DNA of 64,000 nt from the IMG/VR virus record IMGVR_UViG_3300045988_173726, positions 160,001 to 224,000 of that record; one strand, 5' to 3'. A program made the translations under genes and the position numbers. The notes below the pieces were generated by a model. It was given only the letters and a program-made list of their open reading frames with translations, searched no databases and was not told the origin of the DNA. The first letter of the stretch is position 1; each line of letters starts with the position of its first letter. Source of the DNA: a virus. Shown one piece after another: positions 36,544-47,062 of the stretch.

Positions 36544-38703
36544 ATGGCAGAGGTCAGTCAAAATTTTTACACATCGGATTCGATTAAGTCCTTAAAGGGT
36601 GCAGAGCCGTATCGTTTGCGTCCAGAGACAGTGCTTGGGACGAAGGACGAGAACGGTGTGCTTCATGCGGAGTTTGAGGTATTGTCGAATGCGACCGATG
36701 AGGTGCGAGAGGGTCATTCGGACAAGGTGATTGTTCGGACATTTAAGGACGGAGCGATTGAGATACAGGATTTCGGTCGCGGCGTGCCTATGGGGTGGAA
36801 TGAGGCAGAGGGGAAGTATGCGTATGAGTTAATCTTCTGTACGATGTATGCCTCGGGAAAGTATGACGCTTCAAACTATAGCCGTTCAGCGGGCTTAAAC
36901 GGTATCGGAGACACGGCGGCGCAGTTTACTTCGGAGTATATGGATGTGGAGTCGGTGCGTGACGAGCATAAGAATGTCGTGTTTAACGGTGATGGCAGTG
37001 TGAAGTCGTTTGATACGGTGAGAACGCGCTATACGATGCGCTTTGAGAAGGGTTATCCCGTAGGGGAGTTGCAGATAGAAGAGGGCGTTGAACAGCATAC
37101 AGGGACTAAGATTAAGTTTAAGCCCGATTTAGAAGAGGTTTTTAAGGACGCGCAGACGATTCATTTCGACATAAGCACATATCTTACGAGGCTTCGGCGG
37201 GATTCGATGCTAAGTGGGGCGCTTATGGAGCTTCACTACGAGGATATGAAGCCGATAGAGGTGTATTATCCAGACGGGGTGAAGAGTTGGCTTGACGAGA
37301 CTGTTCCTGTAGAGAGCCGATATACAAAGGATTTGTTATCGTTTAGTGGTTCTGGGACAGGTAAGGATAGCGATACAGCCTCGGCAGAGGAGTATACGGC
37401 GACTTACGATATAAATTTCGGGTTCAAGAAGTACTCTGCAAAGGTAGAAGTGGACGATGAGGGCGAGCAGAGTTCGGTTTACGAGGTTTATCATAACGGC
37501 GGTCTTTTGTCGGAGGGTGGTGCGCCGTCAGAGGGCTTTTATGACGCGGTGATTAATGTTCTAAACGGCTATGCAAGGTCTGTGGGCGTGCTATCCAAAA
37601 AAGATAGATTCAAGCGAGAGGATTTAAGCGGTGTTCTATTCGCGGTAGTGTCAACGGAGTGCCCTGGTTATCTTACGAACTACATGAACCAGACGAAAGT
37701 CGCAATCACGAACAGGTTTATCCGTAAGCTTGTAAGCGAGCAGACGAAGAAGTATTTTGAGAACTGGGTGCTTTCGCATAAGGCAGAGCTAGATGATGTC
37801 GTGCAGGCGGCGATTACAGCGAAGTCCGCGCGTGAGAAAGCGGATGCTGTGCGTCAAGCCGACTTAAAGCAGTTATCAAAGGGAGTAGACAGCTTTAGGA
37901 GTGCACCGGAGAAGCTTACGAGGTGTACTAGCAGGAAAGCAAGTGAGTGCGAGCTGTATATCGTAGAGGGGGATTCGGCAAAAGGACCAATCGTCTTAGC
38001 GCGTGATTCTAAGACGCAAGCGGTTTTGCCTGTGCGTGGAAAGATAATTAACTGCATTACGGCTAGTTTAGCAGAGATATTAAAGTCGGATGTAGTGCTT
38101 GCGCTCGTGCAGAGTATCGGGTGCGGTGTAGAGGCAAAGAGTAAGCTGTTAAAGGATTTGCCACAGTTTGATATTACAAAGCTAAACTACGATAAGATTA
38201 TCATTTGTACGGACGCGGATGATGACGGGTATCATATTCGATGCTTGGTTTTAACGGTGCTGTATAGGCTAATGCCGACACTGATTCGCGAGGGCAAGGT
38301 TTATATCGCGGAAACCCCCTTGTTTCTTATCGACACGCACGGCGGTAAGGGGAAGAAAGCTACGAAGTATGCGTATACGACAGCGGAGAAGGATAAGCTT
38401 GTAACGCGGCTCATTTTAGACGGGATAAAGGAGTCCGACATACTGGTAAAGCGGTTAAAGGGACTTGGCGAGACGAGTGCGGCGGTGATGCACACGACAA
38501 CGATGGATAAGAGGAATCGTCATTTAATACGGGTGACGATGGAGAATTTGCAGGAGTTTGCGTCACTTGCGGAAAGTCTGATGGGGACGGATGTTCCGAG
38601 CCGTAGAAGTTTGGTGGAAGCCTACTACGAGACAGATTTCGAGGAGATAGCATACGACACGGAAGAGGGATTGCCGAAGGTAGTCGATGCCGACCTTTTG
38701 TAA
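36544..38703 (+). CDS. type IIA topoisomerase ATPase/Toprim subunit (GyrB/ParE/gp39-like)
   Basis: Start moved to ATG 36544 (SD GGGAGG). Toprim motifs ELYIVEGDSAKG, PVRGKIIN and IICTDADDDGYHI. The N-terminus is GHKL-like. Confidence 0.8.
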   Translation: MAEVSQNFYTSDSIKSLKGAEPYRLRPETVLGTKDENGVLHAEFEVLSNATDEVREGHSDKVIVRTFKDGAIEIQDFGRGVPMGWNEAEGKYAYELIFCTMYASGKYDASNYSRSAGLNGIGDTAAQFTSEYMDVESVRDEHKNVVFNGDGSVKSFDTVRTRYTMRFEKGYPVGELQIEEGVEQHTGTKIKFKPDLEEVFKDAQTIHFDISTYLTRLRRDSMLSGALMELHYEDMKPIEVYYPDGVKSWLDETVPVESRYTKDLLSFSGSGTGKDSDTASAEEYTATYDINFGFKKYSAKVEVDDEGEQSSVYEVYHNGGLLSEGGAPSEGFYDAVINVLNGYARSVGVLSKKDRFKREDLSGVLFAVVSTECPGYLTNYMNQTKVAITNRFIRKLVSEQTKKYFENWVLSHKAELDDVVQAAITAKSAREKADAVRQADLKQLSKGVDSFRSAPEKLTRCTSRKASECELYIVEGDSAKGPIVLARDSKTQAVLPVRGKIINCITASLAEILKSDVVLALVQSIGCGVEAKSKLLKDLPQFDITKLNYDKIIICTDADDDGYHIRCLVLTVLYRLMPTLIREGKVYIAETPLFLIDTHGGKGKKATKYAYTTAEKDKLVTRLILDGIKESDILVKRLKGLGETSAAVMHTTTMDKRNRHLIRVTMENLQEFASLAESLMGTDVPSRRSLVEAYYETDFEEIAYDTEEGLPKVVDADLL

Positions 38704-38727
38704 GTCCGTTTGATTTGTAATCCTTAG

Positions 38728-38766
38728 ATATACGGTGGTACCATTTGGCGTATCACCGTATATTTT
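38728..38766 (+). terminator. terminator-like hairpin
   Basis: 10 bp stem atatacggtg / caccgtatat with a 16 nt loop, then TTTT. Confidence 0.55.
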
Positions 38767-38782
38767 AAGCGGAGGTATAGGT

Positions 38783-39739
38783 ATGCAAATAGAGTTGCGG
38801 GAAATCCCGAAGCGGATGCTTTACGAGGTCACACGGGTAAGACAGGTAGTTCGGTTTCGGATGCTTACAGATGCGGAGCAGATAGCGTATAAGTGTGATG
38901 TTTATACGGATATAGCGATTTTAGATGTGTCGGGGCGGCGTATTCTAAAGTTTATAAGTCGAAAGGAGCTTGTGCGGGAATATAGGACAGCGCTTGGGAA
39001 GAAGATTAGGCTTATAGGCTTGCACTATCGAAAGACATATTTGGCAGTGCAGGAGGATAATCGGACGCTGTATGCTACAAAGGTAAAGGGGAATCATACG
39101 CTGACGGTACGGGGACGGGCTGTGCCGAGAGATACGCTTATCGTGTTTTCCTTGGTGGGAGACGCGATAGACTATAATAGCCTTGAGTTTTATACGGGTC
39201 GCACGGGAGAGATGCTGTTTAAGAAGCAGTATCATATCGTGGGTCGAGTAAGGGGAGCAGAGGCGATGCGCTCTGTAAAGTCCGTAAAGTCTACGCCGTC
39301 CGTTACGCCTACGGGAGCGCCTGTGATAAGCGTATATACGGGTGAGCGCGGAGAGCTTGATGAGATTCGGGCATTGCAGGAAGAGAGAAGTCGGGTAGAG
39401 AGTACAAAGGTCTGGAGTCCGACTGACAGCAAAGAAGAGGACGAGTTAAAGACAGCGCCGTATGTAGTCGTGTATAAGCTACTTCGGGGTGGTAAGAGTC
39501 TGGTCGGGTTTATTGTGCGTGACACGCGGTTGAATCCAGATGAGAGTAGTCTTACGCTCGGGAAAGGCGATAAGCCTGTTAATCTTAGTATGGCAAAGGA
39601 ACTCTGTATCAGTAAGCAGATACGGAATATGACGATAGGAGTTCGGAAAGAGAACAATAAGGTGTTCTTTAGAGGAGTCGGGATAAGACTTGAAAATGTT
39701 CCGCAGTTTCCAGTCGAGCGGTTAAGCGGAAGGAAGTAA
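38783..39739 (+). CDS. hypothetical protein lying between the topoisomerase subunit genes (C-terminal paralog module)
   Basis: Start moved to ATG 38783 (SD GGAGGT). C-terminal segment LVGFIVRDTRLNPDESSLTLGK ... FFRGVGIRLENVPQFP. Confidence 0.55.
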   Translation: MQIELREIPKRMLYEVTRVRQVVRFRMLTDAEQIAYKCDVYTDIAILDVSGRRILKFISRKELVREYRTALGKKIRLIGLHYRKTYLAVQEDNRTLYATKVKGNHTLTVRGRAVPRDTLIVFSLVGDAIDYNSLEFYTGRTGEMLFKKQYHIVGRVRGAEAMRSVKSVKSTPSVTPTGAPVISVYTGERGELDEIRALQEERSRVESTKVWSPTDSKEEDELKTAPYVVVYKLLRGGKSLVGFIVRDTRLNPDESSLTLGKGDKPVNLSMAKELCISKQIRNMTIGVRKENNKVFFRGVGIRLENVPQFPVERLSGRK

Positions 39740-39865
39740 ATACCAGCCAGTCTCAAATTGGTTTTAGCTTAAATCGTCATACTTTACAAAAAGTAAAACA
39801 GTACACAGGACTTCTTACGATTAGAAATTTTATTTAAGGATTTTCAGAAGGGTGCGTGAAGAGAG

Positions 39866-42070
39866 ATGATTGTCAACAAAGACATCGGGGAGCTGTTTAT
39901 TCGGAATTATGTGCAGTATGCAAAGATGACGATACAGGCGAGAGCGATTCCAGACGCGCGGGATGGCATGAAGCCCGTCCAGCGCCGAATCTTGTATTCG
40001 ATGCATGATAACGGCATGTATGCGTTTGACAAGAACGGGAAGGCGGGGAAGGCGTATAAGTCAACCAGAATCGTGGGTGATGTTATGGGTAAATATCATC
40101 CGCACGGAGATATGTCTATTTACGGGTCGCTTGTAGACTTGACGGACGATAAGGGGGTAACGCTTGCGCCGTATGTGCATGGAGATGGAACTTTCGGTCG
40201 TGTATGGTCGGATAAGATAATCGCGGCGAGTTCGAGATATACGGAGGCTAATCTACTGCCGATTGCGCGGGAGCTGTTTGACGGGTTAAACGAGGATGCC
40301 GTGGATATGTCTCCGAACTTTGATAACAGCGAGGAAGAGCCGACTTTGTTGCCTGTAACTTTCCCGACTATTCTGGTAGGGTCTACGGACGGCATTGCGG
40401 TAGGGTTTAGCTCAAGTGTTCCGAGGTTTAGCCTTAAGAGTGTCTGTAATACGGCGATAGGTATGCTTAATGGAAAGTATAATAAGGCAGAGGACATTTT
40501 AGCTGTACTTGGGCTTCCAGATTTCAGCACAGGCGGGTTTATTCATCGTAATGACGCAGAGCTTCTTAGGTTGTTAAAGACGGGTAGGGGTTCGTTTACG
40601 GTAAGCGGGACGGTAACTGTCCTTCGGGATAAGATTATTGTAACGGAAGTGCCTGTAGGTACGACAGTTGAGAAGATAGACGAGAAGATACGGGAGTTGA
40701 TTGCCGAGGGCAGGGTGTTAAAGGGAGTCCGAGATGTGATTAACTCATCGGGCTTTGACACAGTTAAGAACGAGGCGAAGTTAGGTCTTACGATAGAGTT
40801 AAAGAACGGAGCGGATGCAGATAGGACGCTTGCGGAGCTTTGTCGGTATACGCCTCTTAGAACTCGGGTAAGCTTTACGACACGGGTCTTAATGGGAGAG
40901 GGTTGTAAAGAGGGTCGTCCGACCGAGCTAGGCGTTTATGAGCTACTTTGTAAGTGGCTTGAGTGGCGACAGGGGACGGTAATTCGGCAGTATAGCTATA
41001 AGCTTGAGAAAGAGAAGCGTAACGAGTATCTGCTATCGTCTTGGGAGAAGATAAGCAGTCGTTGCAGTGAGTTTGTGCAGGATGTAGCTACGAATGACGA
41101 GGATAAGCTGTTTACTCTTTGCGAAGAGAAGTATGGACTCACAAAAGAGCAGACAGAGTATCTAATTGAGAAGAAGATACGGAGTATCACGCAGGACAAG
41201 GTAGCGAGTGCTTTAGCCCAGCTTAAGAAGTCCAGAGAGGATATGTCGTATTACGAGCGGGTTGTGACGGATGAGGGAGAGAGAACGAAGTTAATCGTGT
41301 CACAGCTTGAGCGGGTAAGAGACACTTACGGGATTGAGAGAAAGTGCGCGGTAGCGGACGCGGTTGTAGAGTCCGAGATAGACGAGCGTCTAGCAGAGGT
41401 CGTGCAGGACTGTGATGTAAGCGTGGTAGTCACGAGAAGCGGTCTTGCGAAGCGGTTTATGAATCCTTCGGACAGCGAGGGGGCGGATAGCCTGCTTGTA
41501 AGCAAGGATGACGAAGTAAGGTGGAAGATAGACTGCAATAACCGAGATACGCTATTGGTGTTTACGACAACAGGCGTTTGTTACAAAGTAGCCGTGCATG
41601 ATATAGACAATTCAAGTAGGACTAGAATCAAGAACAGCCTTTGGAATATCGCAACAAAGACAGAGGACGGTGGAATCCTGTATGTAACGAATGCAGGAGA
41701 CTATTCTGGTGGCTTTACGGTCATTTACGGTGACGGAAAGGCTATGTATGTACCTCTCTGCACGGTAAACGGAAAGCGCAGTAAGTATATCAATGTGTTT
41801 ATGGATATTACGGCGCATAACGGCGGGATTGTGACAGAGCATGAGAAGTTTTTTGTCACGACAAAGCGGAATTACGCGAAGCTTGTAGACTTAGCAGGTT
41901 TATCCAGTCTTGATAGGCGTTCAAAGTTTAGGGTTGCGAGTTTAACAAAGGGGGATAACATTGTTAAGCTCGTGCCGTCCGATAAGGTAGCGAATTTCGA
42001 TAGTGTGGATTGGAGTCCATATTGCAAGCCTTATGCAGTAAAGATTAAGTCATATCTGCCGATTTTATAA
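39866..42070 (+). CDS. type IIA topoisomerase breakage-reunion subunit (GyrA/ParC-like)
   Basis: RAIPDARDGMKPVQRRILY, and the catalytic-Tyr context AASSRYTEANL. 734 aa. Confidence 0.8.
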   Translation: MIVNKDIGELFIRNYVQYAKMTIQARAIPDARDGMKPVQRRILYSMHDNGMYAFDKNGKAGKAYKSTRIVGDVMGKYHPHGDMSIYGSLVDLTDDKGVTLAPYVHGDGTFGRVWSDKIIAASSRYTEANLLPIARELFDGLNEDAVDMSPNFDNSEEEPTLLPVTFPTILVGSTDGIAVGFSSSVPRFSLKSVCNTAIGMLNGKYNKAEDILAVLGLPDFSTGGFIHRNDAELLRLLKTGRGSFTVSGTVTVLRDKIIVTEVPVGTTVEKIDEKIRELIAEGRVLKGVRDVINSSGFDTVKNEAKLGLTIELKNGADADRTLAELCRYTPLRTRVSFTTRVLMGEGCKEGRPTELGVYELLCKWLEWRQGTVIRQYSYKLEKEKRNEYLLSSWEKISSRCSEFVQDVATNDEDKLFTLCEEKYGLTKEQTEYLIEKKIRSITQDKVASALAQLKKSREDMSYYERVVTDEGERTKLIVSQLERVRDTYGIERKCAVADAVVESEIDERLAEVVQDCDVSVVVTRSGLAKRFMNPSDSEGADSLLVSKDDEVRWKIDCNNRDTLLVFTTTGVCYKVAVHDIDNSSRTRIKNSLWNIATKTEDGGILYVTNAGDYSGGFTVIYGDGKAMYVPLCTVNGKRSKYINVFMDITAHNGGIVTEHEKFFVTTKRNYAKLVDLAGLSSLDRRSKFRVASLTKGDNIVKLVPSDKVANFDSVDWSPYCKPYAVKIKSYLPIL

Positions 42071-42108
42071 TCGGGTAATAAGGGGTAGTTGTCTGTTAAG
42101 GAGAGGCG

Positions 42109-43665
42109 ATGGCGAAGAAGCAAGTAATAGACTTCGATGCTGGTACGCTTGAGTCGCTAGAGATAATCTTTTCAGCGCTCACGGTCGGTAGCAGTCTAGT
42201 GAAGAATCCAGATATGCTTGCGCGGAAACGGGAAACATATCAAGAGGCTATGCGGGAGTTTATAAGCCAGTTTACGGTAAATGTATTCTATAACGAATAT
42301 TATTTCCTATACCAGCTAATCCGCGTAGCGAAGATAACAAATTTCGGAGAGGCACAGATAAGTTCCGAGATAGAGGCAAACAGTGCGGATATTCTGTCAT
42401 CCCCGTTTATTGAGGTCGTTACAGAGTATGTAGCGGGGAACGGAAATGTAATATCGGATGACGAGAAGGTAGAGTATTTTCGAGAGGTAGTGATTGAGCG
42501 GGTTACGAAGCTTGCGAATCGGGAAGTAACGATGAGTGAGTTTTTGTCAGCCTGTGAGCAGTATAAGAGAGCCTATAAGAATCAAGTGATGTTGCAGACT
42601 GCGAATGCGATGTCTATGATAATGCAGAGTACAGGGTATGATGAGCCTCGTAAGCGCGGTGGAGTAAAGCATTTGCAGGGTTATCTTGACGCTTCTGACT
42701 ATTATAGTCGCCAGTCAGCCCGTATACGGGAGTTAGATAACGAGAGTGGGAGTAGGGCTATCGTCATTGATAATGACTGGGTGATGAATGAGAACGAGAG
42801 AGATAAGTCGCCCGAGGATACGATAGTCCTAGACTACGGGATAGAGGAGCTGGATAAAGTTTGCCGAGGGATACGGCGAACGAATATGCTAAACATTATT
42901 GGACCAACGAAGGGTGGTAAGACAACTTTCACTTGTTACATGGTGCATAGAGCCTTGAAGCGTGGCTTAAATGTAGCTATTTGGGCGTTAGAGGGAACAT
43001 ATAGCGAATGGATGGCGCAGTTAATCGCCTTGACAGCATTGGATATGCGAAAAGAGGGCGATGTTTCGGTAATCCAGAAGTCAGATATACTGCATCAGAG
43101 CTACAAGACGGACGAGGTTCGTGTAGCGGTAGGAGCGGCGAGACAGCATTTGGTATCTGGTGCGGGAATGGGGAAGCTTTCGTTTATCGGTGGAGCGGCG
43201 TATATTGAAGATTATATTGATACAATAGATAATCACAGGAGAAACGAGAACAAGTTTGATGTGATAGTCGTAGACTCGCCCGTGCTTGTGGTAAGTAGGA
43301 CAGGTCGAACGAAGGTGGATAGAGCGGGAGAGGCGTTCACTTCGCTAAAGAACTATGTTGCGAATCAAGTGCCAGAGGGTGCGGTAGCGATAGTTACAGC
43401 GCAGTTAAAGCAGGATGTAGTAAACAGCATGAGAGCGAACAAAGACCAGACTTTGGATGTGACGGTAGGTGCAGAGACTTCGGAGACTATCAAAACGCCA
43501 GACGAGGTAATTGGTTTGTTTAGCTCAAAGGAAGAGCGCTTAACGGGAAAGATGAAGATATATAATATAGCGGCGCGGCATCATGAGACATTTAGGGACT
43601 GTTATATCGGGTGTGACATGAGTTGCGGGACATTCTTTAGTCAGCCAGAGTTAAACGAGGGTTAA
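42109..43665 (+). CDS. DnaB/gp4-like replicative helicase (RecA-fold)
   Basis: Walker A IIGPTKGGKTTF, then WALEGTYSEW, Walker B FDVIVVDSP and VTAQLKQD. Confidence 0.6.
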   Translation: MAKKQVIDFDAGTLESLEIIFSALTVGSSLVKNPDMLARKRETYQEAMREFISQFTVNVFYNEYYFLYQLIRVAKITNFGEAQISSEIEANSADILSSPFIEVVTEYVAGNGNVISDDEKVEYFREVVIERVTKLANREVTMSEFLSACEQYKRAYKNQVMLQTANAMSMIMQSTGYDEPRKRGGVKHLQGYLDASDYYSRQSARIRELDNESGSRAIVIDNDWVMNENERDKSPEDTIVLDYGIEELDKVCRGIRRTNMLNIIGPTKGGKTTFTCYMVHRALKRGLNVAIWALEGTYSEWMAQLIALTALDMRKEGDVSVIQKSDILHQSYKTDEVRVAVGAARQHLVSGAGMGKLSFIGGAAYIEDYIDTIDNHRRNENKFDVIVVDSPVLVVSRTGRTKVDRAGEAFTSLKNYVANQVPEGAVAIVTAQLKQDVVNSMRANKDQTLDVTVGAETSETIKTPDEVIGLFSSKEERLTGKMKIYNIAARHHETFRDCYIGCDMSCGTFFSQPELNEG

Positions 43666-43691
43666 GTAAAAGTTTTTTGGAGGGAAGAGGA

Positions 43692-44360
43692 ATGGGACGA
43701 GTAAATTTATCGGATGACGCAGTAGGAAAGCTCGCAGAGGTCATTTGCACGGATATTCACACGAATATCGTAAAGGGCGTGACTTATATTCTGTTAGAGG
43801 AGAAGCCGAATACTAAGGTAAGGCTTGATATGTATATGGGTCTTCGCAGGGAGATAGACAGCGAGGGGTTTAAGCCAGACGAGGTATTTCGGGTTTATAA
43901 GGTATCAAACGGGTATGTGTTTGATATGGAGCAGGAGATAGCGGTTTCGATTACAAAGGCGATAATGCAGAAGTCTGGGTCGCTAGATGATAAGAACATG
44001 CGGGCGGTGCTAAACAGCGTGGTAGAGAGAAGCAAGGTACGGCGAGAGAAAGAGATGAAGCGGCTTGCGGCGCTTTGTTATAAGGCGTATAAGGCAGGAA
44101 AGACATCTCTTGAGGTATTGCTGTTTGGTAAGAACGAGGTCGGGAAAGTTATCATCACGGTAAAGGATGGGAAAGACGACTATGTAATCACATATCCTTC
44201 GTTTATGCTCCGTCCGAGTGATATGCAGAGTGTAAACGAAGAGTATTTGATTAAGAGTGGTATACGGATAAAGAGTATCGAGACAGGTGAGATAGTGGGG
44301 ACGAATCGTGGTCTAAGGGTCGTGGTGAACTTAGGTGCGAATGTAAAGAAGGTGCTGTAA
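43692..44360 (+). CDS. hypothetical protein
   Basis: Start moved to ATG 43692 (SD GGAGGGAAGAGG). No motif recognised. Confidence 0.5.
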   Translation: MGRVNLSDDAVGKLAEVICTDIHTNIVKGVTYILLEEKPNTKVRLDMYMGLRREIDSEGFKPDEVFRVYKVSNGYVFDMEQEIAVSITKAIMQKSGSLDDKNMRAVLNSVVERSKVRREKEMKRLAALCYKAYKAGKTSLEVLLFGKNEVGKVIITVKDGKDDYVITYPSFMLRPSDMQSVNEEYLIKSGIRIKSIETGEIVGTNRGLRVVVNLGANVKKVL

Positions 44361-44362
44361 AT

Positions 44363-45310
44363 TTGAAAGCGAGTATACGGGGGATAACGCTAGGTACGGA
44401 CGGGGCGAGGCAAGCTTATTGTATGCAGGAGATAAGTCTTGAGAGTTTAGCAAAGACTTGTGCGGGGGTTAAGGTCTTACTCGGGATAGACGGGTCGTCT
44501 ACATGTACGGGCGTGTCGGTATTTAACCTAGGGAACGGCGGGCTAATCGGGACGATAGCGTTAAAGCGTAGCAGTAAAGAGGACGCGGTTCACTATAAGG
44601 TGGAGTTAAAGCGGTTTCTGGTAGAGTTACTGGGGGCAGTGGATGCGCGTGAGGCAGTGTATGAAGAGCCGTTCTTCGGGGTAAACGCTTTAACGAATAA
44701 GGTGCTGTTTATGCTCCGCTCGTCTGTCGAAGAGGTCATCGCCGAGAACGAGCCAAGGTTTAATCAGCTTAATTTTCACGAGATAAGTAACGCTAGGTGG
44801 AAGAAGCTGTTTTTAGAGAAAGTCCCGAAGGGCGGGAAAGAAGTGCAGAAGGCGGCGATACGGGAGAAAGTGCTTGCCTTGTACCCGTTCATGTGTGTAT
44901 GCACACAGGATGAGTGTGACGCGACAGGGATAGGGTACGCGGCGTGTAGGGCGGACAGTATAAAGGGGCTTGAGAATCAGCGTAAGCCGCGCCCGTTCCA
45001 GTATTGCATTGAGTTTTTCGGTGGGGACAGTGACGAGGAGTTTGTAGGGTGGTTTGACGGGAACTGGGAGAGGGTTTCAGTTCCCGAGGCGCTGGTTTGC
45101 GGTGGGTATTGGATTGTGCCGATAAAGGGGACAGGGAGCTTTGAGAACTATATCTACCGTGAGATGGGGGACGAGGATAATCTGCTGGTGCTAAGGTTTA
45201 GTAGTCAGCATCATGCGAATGTGGTGATGCAGTATCGGATAGCGGATTTGACGGTACGGAATAAGTTTATTTACGCAGTCGTCTGGAGGAAGCACAGGAA
45301 GAAAGCATAG
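44363..45310 (+). CDS. RuvC-like Holliday junction resolvase domain with a C-terminal extension
   Basis: VLLGIDGSSTCTGVSVF, YEEPFFG and DECDATGIGYAA match the RuvC acidic-residue pattern. Confidence 0.55.
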   Translation: MKASIRGITLGTDGARQAYCMQEISLESLAKTCAGVKVLLGIDGSSTCTGVSVFNLGNGGLIGTIALKRSSKEDAVHYKVELKRFLVELLGAVDAREAVYEEPFFGVNALTNKVLFMLRSSVEEVIAENEPRFNQLNFHEISNARWKKLFLEKVPKGGKEVQKAAIREKVLALYPFMCVCTQDECDATGIGYAACRADSIKGLENQRKPRPFQYCIEFFGGDSDEEFVGWFDGNWERVSVPEALVCGGYWIVPIKGTGSFENYIYREMGDEDNLLVLRFSSQHHANVVMQYRIADLTVRNKFIYAVVWRKHRKKA

Positions 45311-45522
45311 GGGGAGCATGGGGGAGTCTTTTAGTCGAAATGGTTTGACAAAAGACAGATAGGTGCGTTGCGGTAACAGCAGTGCGCGTTATATAAGGGC
45401 TTGGGCGGGTAGTAAAGATTGCCTGTTCAAGTCCTTTTGTAGTAATTAGTCGTACCGCTCCTAGTACTTTAGCAGTTTGGGCTTGCAAATAAAAGAATTT
45501 TGCCGAAAGGAGATTTTGGGTC

Positions 45523-45894
45523 ATGGGAGTTTGTAAGTTGTGCGGAGCGGATACCGAGCTTATTGATGGCAAGTGCTACAGGTGCTTATCGCTGTCTGTG
45601 TATGAGGAAGCAAAGATAGAGCCTGCGAGTGAAGAGGAAGAGGCGAAGTTTGCGGAGTCGTTAAAGGGTATGGCGGCTATGCTAGTCACGAAAACGCCGC
45701 TTGAGCTAATGAAAGAGCAGATAGCGGGTATTACTGACTCGGAGGCAGAGGAGTTTAAGCCAGACTATCAGATTATGTATCACAGGTATCGGGAGGCTAT
45801 CGACAGCGGAGCGTACTGTATGGTTTTGGCGTGGAACAGTGCAGGGAAAGAGGTAGTAGACGCTTCTAGGGCGATAGCTGTTTGTAAGGCGTAA
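45523..45894 (+). CDS. small zinc-ribbon protein
   Basis: CKLCGADTELIDGKCYRC at the N-terminus. SD AAAGGAG. Confidence 0.5.
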   Translation: MGVCKLCGADTELIDGKCYRCLSLSVYEEAKIEPASEEEEAKFAESLKGMAAMLVTKTPLELMKEQIAGITDSEAEEFKPDYQIMYHRYREAIDSGAYCMVLAWNSAGKEVVDASRAIAVCKA

Positions 45895-45905
45895 GGGTAG
45901 CGAGA

Positions 45906-47045
45906 ATGGACGGGAGCGATAGCACGACTAAGTTACTGCTAGGGGCAGGGTTTAACAGCGTTGAGGGTCTTGAGCGGTATATACGGGGCTTACAGGAAGC
46001 CGAGCAGATTGGAGAGCCAGAGGTAAGCGACTCTGTGTATGATAATCTCATTCGGGTCTTACGGACAGTAAAGCCAGAGAGTAAGGTGTTAAATCGGAGT
46101 TTACCAGAGAGATGCTATCGTGGCGCAGGGCTAACAGTTATACGGGATTTATCGGAGTTAAGCTATCTAAGGCGGTTGTTTTTAGAAAAAGGGATAGATA
46201 CAAGTCTCTTATCGAGCGCAAAGATAGTCGGGCATAGCGTAACGATTAGGTATATTGACGGTAGGTATGCGAGTGGGGAATTTCGGTGCGGTATAGACAT
46301 AACCGAGGTTTTGCATAGCATAGTTCCAGCATATCTTCCAGAGCTAGGGTTTTACAGAGTGGTAACAATAGGCGGGGTAGTGACGATAAGCCGAAAGAAC
46401 TTTGATAAGGTCAGTCGGGTTTATAAAACGCCGTTAAGTGCGGTAACTTCGTTTATGCGGGAGACATCGAGCGCGGAAGAGAGAGGGCTACTAAGCCTAG
46501 TGTGTGACTCTATATCGAGTGAGGAAGATGATAGCTTTCGTAGCCTGCTTAATGAGTATCAGACGCTATCTGCTCTCGGGTTTTTGATTCCTACCTTTCG
46601 GGTAACGGATGGAGTGGGGGCGTATAACTTTGACACTCGGGTAGAAGAGATATTAAGCGAGTTTACGGGGCTTACGCTTCCCTTTGACGCAGACGGAGTG
46701 GTGGTAAGAGTAAACGATAACGCTTTGTTTCGAGAGTTAGGAGAAAACGGTAACACTTATCTCGGTGGGTTTATCCTAAAGACAGGGGAACGGTTTGGAG
46801 CGAAGGTCTATAGCGGGTTAATTCACGAGATAGAGTGGGAGTACGGGAGTGATAAGCTAAGTCCTAGGGCGGTAATAAGTCCTGTTACAGTGTATGACGG
46901 TAATACGATAAACACTGTGCCGCTTTATAGCGTGGGGGTTATGCGGGACAACAGCTTTACAGTAGGTTCTAAGATATATTTTTTATACGACAACGAGACA
47001 GGCGCGATGCTTTGTGACGAGGATGGAAAGGTCGTAAGCGCCTAG
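45906..47045 (+). CDS. NAD-dependent DNA ligase-like protein, N-terminal part (Ia, adenylation and OB domains) with divergent catalytic motifs
   Basis: Collinear by eye with LigA. Ia-like EVSDSVYDNLIRVL. Motif I reads AKIVGH instead of KxDG. DADGVVVRVND replaces DGVVIKVN. OB-fold-like EIEWEYGSDKLSPRAVISPV. Confidence 0.55.
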   Translation: MDGSDSTTKLLLGAGFNSVEGLERYIRGLQEAEQIGEPEVSDSVYDNLIRVLRTVKPESKVLNRSLPERCYRGAGLTVIRDLSELSYLRRLFLEKGIDTSLLSSAKIVGHSVTIRYIDGRYASGEFRCGIDITEVLHSIVPAYLPELGFYRVVTIGGVVTISRKNFDKVSRVYKTPLSAVTSFMRETSSAEERGLLSLVCDSISSEEDDSFRSLLNEYQTLSALGFLIPTFRVTDGVGAYNFDTRVEEILSEFTGLTLPFDADGVVVRVNDNALFRELGENGNTYLGGFILKTGERFGAKVYSGLIHEIEWEYGSDKLSPRAVISPVTVYDGNTINTVPLYSVGVMRDNSFTVGSKIYFLYDNETGAMLCDEDGKVVSA

Positions 47046-47062
47046 AGAGGGGGCAAAGAGAG

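Noticed and set aside
39232-39756. Minus-strand ORFs of 60-174 aa throughout the window (for example 39232-39756, 30130-30612, 18491-18937, 40120-40530, 22856-23299)
   Set aside because: All lie antisense within long, motif-supported plus-strand genes. They lack Shine-Dalgarno sites and have low-complexity, S/L/P-rich translations typical of shadow ORFs.
45425-45434. T-loop-like GTTCAAGTCC in the 45311-45522 intergenic region
   Set aside because: There are no complementary stems around it, so it is not a tRNA.
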